Source: Epiperipatus broadwayi (Eukaryota; Animalia; Onychophora). From it: a stretch of DNA of 64,000 nt. The notes beneath the pieces were generated by a model. That model had not been told where the DNA came from. It ran no database searches and worked only from the letters and a program-made list of their open reading frames with translations. Of the stretch, positions 39,399 through 53,500 are shown one piece after another. The first letter of the stretch is position 1. The number at the start of each line of letters is the position of its first letter. Position numbers and translations under genes: made by a program. The stretch lies in contig JAQFVV010000003.1 of NCBI GenBank assembly GCA_028023455.1, positions 8,432,001-8,496,000 of the forward strand. The letters run 5' to 3'.

Positions 39399-40497
39399 AT
39401 GGGGATATTCTGAAAAGCTTGTTAAGAGCTATTGGCAAGCTTATTATATAACATTTGTAAGATTAAATTTTCATGCAACTATTTATAGCTAACTGAAATG
39501 CTTTCTATTCATAGCATAGAACTAAACTCTTATTGGCAAAAGAGTACATCTTTTACCTATGCTTCCTTCATATATATATATATATTGTAGTGATGAGTTA
39601 TAACCTGATACACCATCTAATTATGTTAGGACACTGCCAATTGTAGCCACATAAACATATTTGCTTAACAATAAATTGCCAAGCAAATTATCATATTAAT
39701 ATTTTTCCTTTCCAACATATACCTTTACATAAACATCTTTTTATTTTTAAAGAAATAATAAAAACCATTAAAACACTAGGGAAAACAGATAGGTATATTA
39801 ACATTGGAATAAAACAGGTGTTATGTATTACTAACTGGGGAGAACTATACCAAAAACTTGCACATAAACCTCAGAAAACACTGACTGAATTAAAATCTAA
39901 TCACATAGCAACCAGTTGTAGAAACGAAATTTAAAATGTTCACAAAGTATTGTTTTAATCCCAATTATATATATATTATGTATGCTCAACAATGGAAAAT
40001 GACAAGGTTGATATATTTAAAGAAACTACACATTATCTACAAAGTGTTATTAATTGTTATATTGTCTTCTGCATTCAAAGATAGAACTTTTTTTTTCTGC
40101 TTAAAAAAAAAATCGAATACAAAGATGGGTATATATGTTCGAATTTAAATATATATTATTCAAAATGATCAAAAGCTGAACTTTTAAAGCAACCATATGA
40201 ATTGGATGGAATAATTTAAAAGAGAAGATTCAATTATTTGCTAATTAGGCAATTTTAGTTGAATTCACGTAATTACAATAATTAACTGTTTTGTTATATA
40301 GAAATACCACCACTAAACTCTTGAAAAGTAAATAAATCAATAGATATATAATATTATCTTTATACCATGGTTGCTTACTGAAAACATCATCAATAAAACC
40401 ATGAAAGCTTAAAGATTTCACCTGTCCATTTAGAAGAAACCTGAAGAACATCTTTTGCATTGAATAAAATGCCTAACCAAATCCAAGACAGGGTAAT

Positions 40498-40602
40498 TGG
40501 AGAAGATTACTGCTTTTTGATCCAGACAAGAAATTTCTATTCTTAGAGTGTAGTGGAGAAGATTACTGCTTTTTGATCCAGACAAGAAATTTCTATTCTT
40601 AG
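40498..40602. repeat. Perfect 49-bp direct repeat with a 7-bp spacer
   Basis: TGGAGAAGATTACTGC...TTCTATTCTTAG at 40498-40546 and 40554-40602. Confidence 0.9.
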
Positions 40603-41639
40603 CGCCCATCTTCATTCATAGGAACTTATTTGGCAAATAAATAGTTTCCAGCAGACTCATCAAACTTTAATTAATATAATGGGATAAAAATTGTGATTTT
40701 TGTTTTATTATTTTTTTATTTTTTGTAATATTGTAAATTTTCTGTATATTTTAGTTTTTTGCAATTAGAAGCCAATGAGTTATAATTTTAGGAAAATTCA
40801 TTATGAGAGTAAGGAGGGGGAAAATATTAGATTTAACTTTTTTTTTTATCATCTTCATTTGTATAAAAATAAAAAAATTACACAAGTTTTGACCTACCCA
40901 TCCAACTAACTTTTGACAACTTAAAGGGAAATGAGAGGTAAGAGATTTTAATATTATCTCACAGTAAGCAACACACTAGATAATAATAAGAGTTTATATT
41001 ATTTTATTTATTATTAATTAAGCTTACTTTTATATTGCTTTTATATAAATGATTTATAACCATTGATCTATCTGGACAACAAAGATTTTTTTTTTTATGT
41101 TTGTATATATATATTTTAAAATTAGCCAGATAGAATTGCGATCACGTATATATAATAATGTTACATATTCGTTGTTGTAAATAATTGGTCAAGTGCTTGA
41201 ATTTCTACCCTTGGGTTGAGGGTAAGGACTTTATTTTTATTATATATCAATATGGGAGACATTCGTCCATGACAAAAACAAATTACATGTGTCAGATTGA
41301 ATTATTATCCGTATTTTATATTTTTGTTAAATCAATAAATGTTTATATAATTCGTTATTTTAATCTGGTCCACCATCAGCTTTATAGCTCTCCATTATTT
41401 ACATACCCGACATAAACATTATAATCTTAATTATTCTAATACATATCAATATTATCCTATTATTATAGAGGAAATACATATACATATTTAAGTCATTTAT
41501 TATAACTTTTAATACATATATACTTGTACTGCACATACATATTTATTTTATATATATCTTATGGTTTTGGATATGCTTAATTGATTTTTGGTAATTAATT
41601 ACCACCTATATAGAGGTGCAATAATTACTATTAGTGTGA

Positions 41640-42014
41640 TTTCCTTCCCTGATAAGAGAGTTCAAGTAATTACTCCTTGAATTCGAATACTCTGGTATAA
41701 CGTGGCTAGAAAGGGGTGAGAATTGGATGAACTGACTCAAATTGTATCTAGGTTAATGAAAGCTAGTCTATTGAAAGTAGATACAATCATAGGTTATGTA
41801 TTTCATCATATAATCAATTGCATCCTATCCGAAGACCCAAAGTCCGACCATAGTAAGATGCACTCCCCTTATCTCCTGTGAAATCCACCAGCCCATTACA
41901 ATATATATATAAGGAATTTTTTGAATCAAAAAAGAAACCACTTCTAAATATTCTAAATTGACTGACATTTTTAATTGACAAATCCAAGATTTCTCTCATT
42001 TTAAACTTTGTCAA
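41640..42014 (-). mobile_element. Possible decayed RNase H domain of an I/Nimb-type LINE
   Basis: IYCNGLVDFTGDKGSASY resembles IYTDGS...G.G. Downstream motifs match only weakly. Confidence 0.35.
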
Positions 42015-42059
42015 CTATGATTCAAATAATGAGAAAATAACTGAATAATTTTTTCTGGA

Positions 42060-42960
42060 GAGCAAGTGCATTGCTAATACATGCTTTTGCCACTAGATGC
42101 CTCTTATGGGGATCCTCTTACACCAGAAAAATACAAAGAGAAGTAGGAAGACATGCATTAGATGCAGAAGGGTGTATGGCAAAGGAGGCAATTCAAAGAG
42201 AAATGGGATGGTCAACTTTTTATATGAGAGATGCAAAAAGCAAAATGAAAATGTTCAATAGATTACAGTTTATTGATAAAATAGTATTTAATTGAGTTAT
42301 GAATAAAGGGCAGGCAACAAGATGGGTGCAAAGGTAATGCATTATGCACAAGATTTAGACAAAGAATTTATGCCAGTATACTTATTCAAAAAGTGGGATG
42401 ATTGTGTTAGGAGAATTGTTGAGTGTTTTAGTGTTAAAGAATGGGATAGAAGAATAAATGCATTAATAAAGAATAGGGAGTTGGAGAATTAGTATGGAGA
42501 GTAAAAAGAGTTTAAATATTTATAGAAGTAAACAAAATATTGGGTGCGAGTTAATTTGTGATAATAGCAAGGAAAGTAGTTTACTGTTTAAGGCTCGAAC
42601 GGGATCTTTAGCAACAAGGGAATATACACATAAATGGAGAAATATGGGTGATTTAATCTGCAAGCTGTTTAAGGAAGGTATAGAAAATATTAGGCATCTT
42701 TTAATTAAATGTAAATGCCTGAAAGCAGAAAGGATACAAATAATGAAGTTGTGGAAGAATAAATATGAACAAGGTGATTATACAGAAAGTGGCTTATTGG
42801 TTTTTATGCTGGGTTTGTGAAAAGATAAAGGGGATTTTAGATCTAAAGGCCATGGAGTTGATAAAGATTATATTGTGGAAATGATGAAGCAGGGTAGAAA
42901 AGAATATGAGAAAACTTGGAGTGGGGAATGGAAAGAGGTTCAAAGTGGCTAACAGGTTTC
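42060..42960 (+). mobile_element. 3' fragment of a non-LTR retrotransposon ORF2 with a C-terminal CCHC knuckle
   Basis: QREVGRHALDA...EAIQREMGWSTF, DNSKESSLLFKARTGSL and CKL(F)...H....C. Confidence 0.75.
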
Positions 42961-43004
42961 TCTGGGCATAGTTGCTGAGAGATTCCTGACTCCGTATAAG
43001 GAGA

Positions 43005-43809
43005 AGTCACAATGCATCATATCACAAAACCAGTCAACTAACTATCATCATTGATAGAAGTCATGTTGCATCATTAAGTAGCATCTCTCTTATTTTTATC
43101 TTTTGTAATGGCTGAAAAGTTGAAACAATATGAAATTCTGTTTTCTATTAGGAAAACCAACAGGAAAAATAGCTATACTGCATGAAACAGTTTTAGATGC
43201 CCCAAGGGAAACACAAGTTTATGAGATGGAAGTGTCAAATTTATCATGTCCCAAAGAAATGTGTCGATTGAAGTCCAATGTCAAGATGATAATGATTGGG
43301 GGGTGGGGGTGTAAACGGCATTATTCACTGAGAATTCATTCATTGTGATTGGATGTTTTATCTACAAGTTCTGAAAAGTTTGTGTGATAAGATAAAATGA
43401 ACAAGTCCCACTTTGTGACAAAATAGGGAGTGCAGGCTTCACTATGTCAATGCATCAGCACTCAAGGCCTTGAGTGTAGTACAATTTTTTAATTAAAAAC
43501 AGCATGAGCTAGCTTATCTATGAGCCATATTCACCTGCTATTGCTCTGTATGAATTCTTTTTATTTCTCTGAAAAAAAAAAGATCTCAAAAGAAAAAAGT
43601 TTGTGGATTTAAGAATGGTGAAATAAAAACTATGGAATATTAAAAGGCATCATTTTGCAAAAGTATCACGACTACTTGAAAAGTGTAAAACTCATTTAGA
43701 CTGGTACACTGCATTATATGGGCAGTACTTTGAAGATTAATTTATAACACTTAAAAATAAATACACAATTTTTTATTACAAATTTAGCTTTATTTTTGAG
43801 TACACCCTG
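43005..43809 (+). mobile_element. Second decayed mariner-like element (3' TIR retained)
   Basis: KFCFLLGK N-terminus, similarity to 36254-37139, and end TTTTTGAGTACACCCTG followed by TA. Confidence 0.7.
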
Positions 43810-46800
43810 TATGTATACATATATATTGTCAGGTATATAAGTTTATAATAGTTAAAAAACTTTTCATAAGTAACCTTATGTATATATAAAAATTACAAGA
43901 AAGTGTACTGTTAACATGATGGCATTCAAAAGGGGGAATCAGAGACTGCTGAAAAAAAAATGTATATAATAATCATAATTTATTAATAATTGGGAAATCT
44001 ATTCTTCAGACCATCCAGAAAAAAAACCCCATATATATATGACTAAAAAATATAGATTAAAAATCAATCTAATTACTTACAATTAGTAAAAGGAATGTCT
44101 TATCTCTCAAGACCAAAATTCTTTTAATTAAAGGTGGCTGATGGGAATGTCAGTTCATAAGGGTAATTAAAAGAGAAATTTTAAAGAAAAAAATTATAAA
44201 TTAATTTTTTTTTTTTTTTAATCATCAAATATTTTTTGTAAAGTACACATTTTATTCTGCTTTACAGCCAGAAATGTGTACTATATTTGAAACAAAGAAA
44301 AATTATCAGTTTAATTTATGATTTAAAAAATAAATTGAAAAAAAATGCATATTAAAATAACAAGAATGAAGGAAGAAAAAATGTGACAAGGTGCATGCAG
44401 GAGAAAGGCAAGAGGATATATATAAAGTGACTCTAGGACAAACAAAAAAAAGTTATTATTTTGTCTTGTAGTTTTAGAGTAAAGAAGTAGAAAAAGATCC
44501 ATAGAAAAGTTTAAAAATAATTTATTATGTGGAAGCTCCTACCTATGTGGAGAAATGACCCAAATGTGTTGCTAGATCCCTATATATGTCCATTGATGCC
44601 TGCTTTTGTGCCCTAGTTCTGAAAATATGCTTTGATTTCAACCACCATGCCTATATCACACCAACGATCCTAACAAGTTTATAATTAAATACATTCACAT
44701 AAGGAATCATGGGTAAGATAATAGTGAATAAGGAATCAAAATACATGGCCATGATAACATTACAAACTGCTACCTGAGATAGTGAGGAAAAATCAATGGT
44801 AAGATATAAGAAATACATCATTATAAAAACTTTCTTTTTATTTAATTTTGAGTTCTTGACCAAACATATAAACCTTAAATGAACAAACTAGAACTTAATA
44901 ATAAATTTTCACAAAGAACTTTATTATTGCCACTAATACAAAAAAAAAGTAGCATTCTAGTATTATTTATATTAATTTCTACTAATAATTGTATGTAATA
45001 TATAAGTGATATTATTATATAAAAAAAAATGATTGTAAGTGAATAGATTAATTTTATTACTTTGTTATTTATTTTATTAAATATAATTTAAAATTAGAAT
45101 TCAGCAATCTTCCTAATTCTTTAATTGCCTCTAGAAATGAATGTTAATAGGCTTATTTAGTTTGTGATATTAGAATAGAGAAAGATTCCCCCCACCTCCA
45201 AAATAATAATGAGTTAACTAACATTAAGACAGTGTATTTAGTGAACTGCTTCCCTAACACTGGAACCTTAAAAATAAAAGCTGTCTCAAGATTTAAAGAG
45301 TAATACTAGACCAAGTAATATTAAATTTGGATTTCTAGAATATATGATATAACCACTGAAGCAGTCTATCTTAGTTTAAGATTGAGCTTCATGTTTCCAC
45401 CTACTAACCTGTATTCAAATCCTATATCCATCCTGCTCCTTTTGTCGTATATATATATAGGAGCAAAAACTTACTAACAATATTGATTTTTTTAAAAATA
45501 TTTTATTATATATCATTTATACAACTTTTTCGTTTTAAAGTATTTTTTTTCCTATTAAACGGTATCTTATAAAATCCAAGATGGAAGGAAGATGCAACCG
45601 TTACTGTCTAAAAATAATTAAAGGGTTGGAAACACTATTGTTTTAATCTGGGGAAGGTATTTTAATTAAAATTTTTACTTAAAATGAAATGGGGATTAAG
45701 ATTAAAGATTTTCCTTTGTTATAAACATTTTTGTCAAATCTATTTCTAATCTGGAAATAGATTTGAATTTATTTTTGGACGTTATCTAACAGTTGCATCT
45801 TTCAAAAACAATGAACTAACTAATTAAAAGCATTCCAGAAATACCTGGGCAGAGTATAAAATGGCCGGTTTTTAAATCACCAAGAGATGATAAGCTACTA
45901 TTAAGAGAACTGTATTGTTAACATACTACTCATCGTTATGAAACTTAAAAAGTTGTAGTAGTAAGTCCACCACCCTTCTCGGCCCTGTTGGGTCATCATC
46001 TTCCATGGCCGTACCATTCTGCTGCCCAAGAGTGAAGTAAAAGCCCAACCTAAGAACTTTAGTATGCTAATGGAAGCTTGCCGTCACATAAAAACTGCCA
46101 TGCATGAGCTGGACTTTTTAATATGGACTCTTAAAATGGTGCAAGGTAAATTATTTCAAACTGCCACCATTGAAACTAAATCTAGCTTGCCTAATTAATC
46201 TCGAATTCTACTATCAAGATTTTTCATGTATTATTTAACTTTGCCTCTTTAATCAATATGTAAAATGTAATTTGCTCTTAAATGATTTCTATATATTTAA
46301 TTTTCTCTCATATGCTCTCATTTTCTTTAATTTTGGTGCGGGATTATCACTTAATTTTATATGTCTATTTTAGTTATTATTAATATGCCAATTTCAAACA
46401 ATCTGACGAGTTGAATTTCTAAAATCTTTTCTTCTTTCTAAGTAAACCTTCATGAATTAAGGTTTTTAACATCCATTTAAAACAATGCATTATTAATTAA
46501 TACACTTGCCAGATTGTTTTACGAGCCAACATTTTATTTATGTTTCAATATAAATTTGTTTAACTCTGGATTTTTTACCCGGGGTGAATTCAGAGCTTAG
46601 GCTAATTAACGCTTTGAAACTTTATTTATTTTATAAATGTTATTATTCAATTCTGAAAAGGTGACCGATTAGTTGTTTCCTATAACTGCTAATCTTATTT
46701 TTACATACTCTTAAAATATCAAATACAGTACTTATATATTCCATTTATTGTAAAATCAATGAAGGTGGGATTGATTTATTTTAAATAGCAGAAAAAGGGA

Positions 46801-49800
46801 TGGGGGTAAATCTTAATGTTTCTTTTGCTAGGTAAAATCTTAAAGTATATTTTATTTAGGGAAATATCTCTATATATAACTGCATAGCATATTATCTGTA
46901 TAAATTATGGCATTCAAACTAGGGTCATTCATTTTAAAGCAGTAAAAATTATTCAATGTCGCTAGTGATATTCATCATTACTGCGTTACTGACATTTGGC
47001 TCATCTTCATGATTACATATATGTGCTTCTTAATCTGGGGGTTATGACAAGTTCGAACCCATAGATTTCTTCTCAAGCCTTGTCCTGAGGATAGTTAATC
47101 TTCCCAGGACCATTTATTTCATATAAAAAGGCCTCTGACAGTGATTCCCTAAGTCTGGCACACGCTATGCCTATCCACTTTCTTCGTATCTAGACCTGCA
47201 TGTCAGCGATGCTCCACGGCATGCCTATCCACTTTGTTCTCATCCAGAAGCATGACTCTTTCCTCTTAGTTATTTTTGGCTATTATGTCAGTACCGCCCA
47301 AACTTCGTATTATTATTATTTCTTTTGCTTATGACCTAATTTTAGTGCTATAATAATATTAAAATTGCGCTCTGGTCAAAAATATATATAAATGCCAATT
47401 ACTTCTAGTTTTATTAATTAAATTTATTTCAGTCTTATACAATCCCACTATCGTAACTTATTTCTGTATTTAATAGTATCTATTTGCCTTGGGGAAAATA
47501 GAGCATTCTTCTTACCAGCGCTAATTAAGAGAATTTTCATTAAATATTTTGTCATATAATCAAATGTCATTTTCAAATGCGTTTTACTTATTTTCACAGC
47601 CATAATGGCCTGAAAATAGTTTTCTTATATATATAATGAATCTTGGAACGCTTCCCGAAATCATATGTTAGTCACCATGTTTCAGAAACATAACCCAAAG
47701 CCTTAATAGCAATTTTATGTAACTTCTTTCTAATAATCGATTGGCATTTTAATATTGGACTCACCAAAGAGGTGTGCTTATTTATAATATATAATTTAGC
47801 TAATAAAGAGCATATGAAAAATAATAGCGTGAATGACACTATGTAATCATCTACAGCTTGCTCATTCACGCACATACTAATGTATGCAATTAACTAAGTC
47901 ATAATGTATACTAATTTGTCATTATATTAAACTATATTTTATTATCTAACTTGTTTGAGTAGTTCGAATTCCTTTTTCTCCACTTCAAAAAGTACAGCCA
48001 TGCTTATATATATTTTAGTTTAGTCATAGTAATAGATGTCTCATTGTCTTCTCCACTTTGTTAGTGGGCCAGATTAAGAATTAATTCTCATGTGCCATCA
48101 TTATTATGTTATCCATTAGGTGTTTGATCTGGGACTTAGAGAGTGGGTTCAAATTCAGGCTGGTCCCTGACCTAAATCTCGGGCTTGACTGGGTTTGAAG
48201 TACATTTTGTGAGTTCCAGCTCATGTTAGATGGATAAACATGTTTTGACCAGTACATCACCTAGGGTTTGGATAGCCAGGAAAAAACAAGTAATTTATTA
48301 ACTAGTTATTTTTTCACGATTTGGTCATTCTAGAATTATTAACCATATATATGCATCTAAAGATAAATAAAATATATACAAACAAATATATGCACATAGT
48401 TTGACATATATTGGTTAAAACCCCACATGAGACAGGTTTATAGAGTTAAAACATAATTACTCAGTTCAATAGATTTCTGAATTATCAGCCTTCTGGTAAG
48501 AAATACTGGATACAATCAGTGGCCATATTTTATTCACATTATACTAATCAAAGATAATCAGTTAAAAATTTTGAATATGCAGTTTCTCTGTCATCTACTG
48601 ACAATTATTATTAGCTACAGAATAAGGCACAAAGGTCACTGCTACGTAATATTGATTAAATGAAAACCAGAGGGTAGAAAATGAGTAAAACATAGAGGAA
48701 ACAAGGATGGTGGTGTGAGATCAGATGAGAGAGGAGAATGAGTAGACATGTAATCTGCTATGATTCAGTAAAATCTCAATTAAAAAATTAATGATAACCA
48801 AATACAATATTTATATTTTATTGTCTAATTTATTGAGATATATGCTCTCAGATAAAATTTAAAAAGAAAATACTCCTTAATCATCATAAGCAGCCATTCC
48901 TGAACAAATATAAATAAATAAAATTGAAAAAGACTATATAACAAATATTGAATTATTTAACAATATAATGTTACATTGAATAAGACAATAAAATATTACT
49001 GAAATAAATTTTTTTTTTTTTTTATTAAATAATACAATATTCCTTATTATATCACTTTTTAGTTTTATTTATTTTCTTGTACACAAAAAATAATATATTG
49101 AATTATGTTTATTTTCATTTCATAATAAATAAATATGGCCACTAATATACTATTCAAAATTACACTCTTTTACTATCTTCAATATGCACTGCATAACAAT
49201 TTTAAAAAATTATTTTCAAAATATTATTCAAAAATTTATTTATAAATTTTAACTCACTTACCAAATTAGGATCTATTTCAGCTAAAAGACAAACTTTATT
49301 TTGCTCAATGGCTTCTAAACAAATTAACATTGCTTGTACAAAATGAGGATTACATAAAAATGCATTATCTAAAATTAAAAAAAAACAAACAAATATATAT
49401 ATGTGTGTGGGTATATATAAGTGAATTACATGTGCAAATTCATAAATAAAAATAAACAATGGAAATCACAATCTTAAAAATTATTAATATACACGTTCAG
49501 TTCATTTAAAGTGGCAGTTTAAAGTAATAATAATAATTTGTGATTCCTATACTTGTGGAAGATAAAAAAAAAAAAAGGCAAAAATAATAATGACTTTTTT
49601 TTTCCAACTATTTAATCTTACTTGTACTTACAATCATCAACTTTCTTGCACCATAAATTAATAACAAAATAAGATTTTAAATACCTTTCTTCCTTAGAAT
49701 TTATTATTATGAATGTATTGATATTCTTCAAAGGCAAATTGGACAAAACTAGATAATATGATACTATGAATTAGTGATATTTCTAATCATTAGTTTTTTA

Positions 49801-51399
49801 TTCTTTACCACTTCCTTAATATAATTTATCTTAACATCTCAAAATTTAGAATGGATCATTAAACAGAGAACACTATTTCATTAAATGACTAACAATGAAA
49901 ATATCCTGTATACAGAAAAAATTGTACAACTATTGACATTCCTAAATGAGCATTTGCAATCCTTACACAAAAAGAATCAATTACTCATCATTTAGCAATT
50001 CCAATCACTTGAACATTTTTTTTAATAGTTCAATTTAAATTAATAAAATGTTTATATGATTTATGAAAGGTTAGATTGACTGCAGTTTAAATAATATATT
50101 ATTAAGATAAGTTATTCAATGTTTGAGCACAAAAGTTGTATGAAGAGTATAACAGTTTCATTCATTTTGATCAACTGATTTTTTCTATTTTCTTCAGGAT
50201 TGATATCAGAATTTTTACATTTAAATTTGGATTTAAATCATTCAAATCTCTTTTATATTTGAAAATAACCAGAATCTTTAACCGATCCTACATGTATAAA
50301 ACAATATCTTAGGCATTTAGTTATTGGCGAAGTGATCGCAGATCTAATTTTTGGTTGGAGAATTACAATATCTGACATTTCATGTAGAGTTAAACTGAAT
50401 TTATGAAAATTTTATTTTATAGTAAAAAAAAAAATCTTCAATTGATAATTCCCAATGCCAATGTTGGCACCTAGTGACTCTATATTCAAGGTTCTCTATT
50501 TGTTAAAAGTAGTGGTTATTAAAAGTGTACCTGTAATACTTTTTTTTAACTCTATCTATCTTATATATAGACATTCTTGTTTTCTCTTTACTCCCACTTT
50601 TCTAAGCAATAACATTTTTGCCACTACAGTGGAGCCACCAAAATACCCTTTATTTTATTCCAAGTGCCTTTGAGTACATATGTATACAGTCTATAATATT
50701 TTGCATTTTGTTGCCAAGCCTTGGTTATACACTAAGCATTGTTTATTGTGCTGCAAATGTACAGTACAATATTTTTCAAAATGCATATACTGATTATTAC
50801 AAATTTTAAAGTGCACTGAATACAGGTTAAAGCCTGTTTAAAATATTTAAATATGCATATATATATTGTACCGGATGTGTTATTGTATTTTTCATACCAG
50901 CCTCTTAGGCAGAGAAGAACATACTCGGAGAGTACATATGTCCAAACAATAGCTATAAAATATATAACTAGTGTTACATTTCCAGGACATAACTTCTTCT
51001 CTGGCTGCTGACTTTAACACCGATCATTCAAAGTGCTCTTTTGTTTTGGAAGAAATATTCCGGGCGCCAGTTACCTACCCCAAAGGATGAATTAACATGC
51101 TTCGAACGATGGCAAACTAACTCAGTGCCTAAGATATATCCCATGACTAGCTCAATTGACACTACAATAACACTTTACTAAATTTAACTAGTGGTAAAAT
51201 TTACTTAATTAAAGATAAAGAATCAACCGACAGATATTAAGTTTAAAAGTCAATTTATTTTAATTAAACAATAATTATTAAAGTTTTGAACTACTTTTAG
51301 ATATTTTTTAATTAACATAAACATTTAAGGTACTTATATATGACCACACACACATATTTTAAATACACATGAAAATATAATCTAACAACATTAAACTAT

Positions 51400-53500
51400 T
51401 TTTTGCTAGTTACGACTAAAAACATGATGGTTTCACGTCGGCTTCAAGTCGCTCTAATTCCAGCATTTTTACCACTACTGTTAAGACTTTGCGTTATTTT
51501 TAAAGGTTAAAAAAGTTCTGTAAGATGCTGCCCTCTCTTGAATTATTTTACAAATAAAAAATCAATAAAACTGACGTTGAAGGTCTAACAAAGAAGGAGG
51601 GCTATCTTTTCTTAAATCTGATTGACTGTTAAATTTCGACAACAAAAAAAATGGTTGTTAATATCTAAAGAGTTACGATTTCTTTTCTTTCATTTCGAAA
51701 ATGATAAACGAATGTTTTAGACCATTTTAAAAGTATTTTTTGACAAATTATAAATTATTTTGATAAAATATGCTAAAAATAAAATTATTTAAAAAAAATA
51801 ATTAAGACTTTAGCAAAAATTATTTACTTTTCCGCAATGTAAAATTGGGAAATCACTGACGTCAGCAAAACTTTTTGGTTGGTGAGTAATGTTCGTTTTA
51901 GATTTGCCACTATCGAATATTTTTATAATTATAAATAAAAATTTATTTTTGAAAAAACTTTCGTTCACTTTCATAACCTGACAAATTATTAACCTTTCCA
52001 TAATTTTTTTTTTTTCAAAAAAGAGGCCCAAATTGTACCTTGATACAATTACAGATATATGCATATATGCTATCACTTAACTCAAAATATATGAAAAACA
52101 AATGCTGTTTATTTTATTATTAAAAATACATTATTATAAAAATATTTATAAATCAAGTTTTGATTCACATACTTTCTAAAACCTAAAATATTTTGTAAAA
52201 AAATATAATAGATATTCAAAAATTTACGTGATGTTAAAAATTTTCAAGACAAAACAACGTTGTATATTTTCAAAATCTACATTATTTTCATAGAAATATT
52301 TCTTAAAAAAGAAAAATAAATCATAAATAATTATTATAACTTACCAATTGAAATAATAATGCAAATTATTAAAAAAAATTGAAAATTATTTTGCAGATTA
52401 GCAAAGATGAACATCTTTTCTCTAATATAGGTAGGAAAATCAGTGAATATGGGGCTACAAATTACCATCCATGGAAAAATGAATAAATCATTAATTATAA
52501 CTGCCATCTATGTGAAACTTTACAAACTATTACCTGAATCATATACGCATGTGCTAAAATCGAAAAAATGAAAATAATCGGACAAATCTGCTAACAGTTG
52601 TAAAAGGAAATTCAAAATGCAATATTGCGTTGAGTACTAATGCCACAGGTGGCGCTTTGTCCACAACAATGCGTTGAACTCTATACAAGGATTAATATAC
52701 TTTTTACAAACGAAACTAAAGTGAATATAATATTAAAAGATGAATATATTTTGATGCTTGAGTTTGTGAATTGACCAATTAAAAGTTTAGACTTTTACCT
52801 CACTCGGGAAATAAAATAATCAGCAAGAAAGAGGTTAAATGACAAAGTATTAAATAGTATGATAAATATTAAATATAAAGCATTCAAACCAACACGCACA
52901 TCAATAGTTCTTTATGCGGCAATAGAGTTCCTTTACGACTAACTCTGGAGGCTTTATGGACGGCAATGATTACTTTGAATTTATAAATGGAAATAAAAAA
53001 GTTATTAAATACCTAGGTTTTTGGAATGTGGAGATTTTGGTTGTTTGCTTCCTGTATTTCCAGTGTGTTTCTAACTTGTTTTATTACCAGCCGGCTGGGT
53101 TTATGCTTCTATGGAGGATTTCTGTTGATTGACGATCCTGGTTACTTCTTTTATTAAGGTTGAGGGCAGTTATTTATTTCGTGGCACTATTATTATTAAG
53201 ACAGTAGATACTTGGGTGGCTCTCACTTATTGGGCGGCTGTTACTTCATCTCAGGCAGAGTACTGGTATTTGGACAAAGTTTGAAGTTCATCGCATGTTC
53301 CGATGAAGCTATTAACACTGCATGACTGATTGACGAATTGAACTCATAGATTGACTGTTCAAAACTAAAACTGAACTCCGTGTGAAAATTTAGGTCTATT
53401 TATGTAACGACCTGTTGTCATTTTTTGTAGCCTGTTTTCATAGCCACCAGAAAAATCCATTATCCACTGCTTTCGATTTCAATTGATAAGAGTTTAATTA
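51400..53500. promoter_or_regulatory. Candidate promoter/5' region with locally retained CpG
   Basis: TGACGTCA at 51857-51864, CCACAGGTGGCGC at 52643-52655, and a minus-strand donor TTG|GTAAGT at 52345/52344. CpG enrichment judged by eye only. Confidence 0.3.

Larger units (their letters stand above)
38541..39460 (-). mobile_element. Retrozyme-like array (family A): two tandem ~370 bp monomers plus an inverted partial third copy
   Basis: TGTTATATAATGAGCTTGCC at 38541 and 38915. 39208-39460 is the reverse complement of the same unit. Each copy carries an HHR motif. Confidence 0.85.

Noticed and set aside
40498-40602. CRISPR-like repeat-spacer-repeat
   Set aside because: Only two repeats, a 7-bp spacer, eukaryotic context and no cas genes.
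45970-46005. Minus-strand ATGATGA-CCC.AACA.GGG-CC-GAGA, HHR-like
   Set aside because: Two core mismatches, and no stem I or stem III.
48110-48180. tRNA-like B box (GGTTCAAATTC); similar weak heads at ~47050 and ~61745-61815
   Set aside because: No cloverleaf or convincing A box; at most old SINE heads, not tRNA genes.
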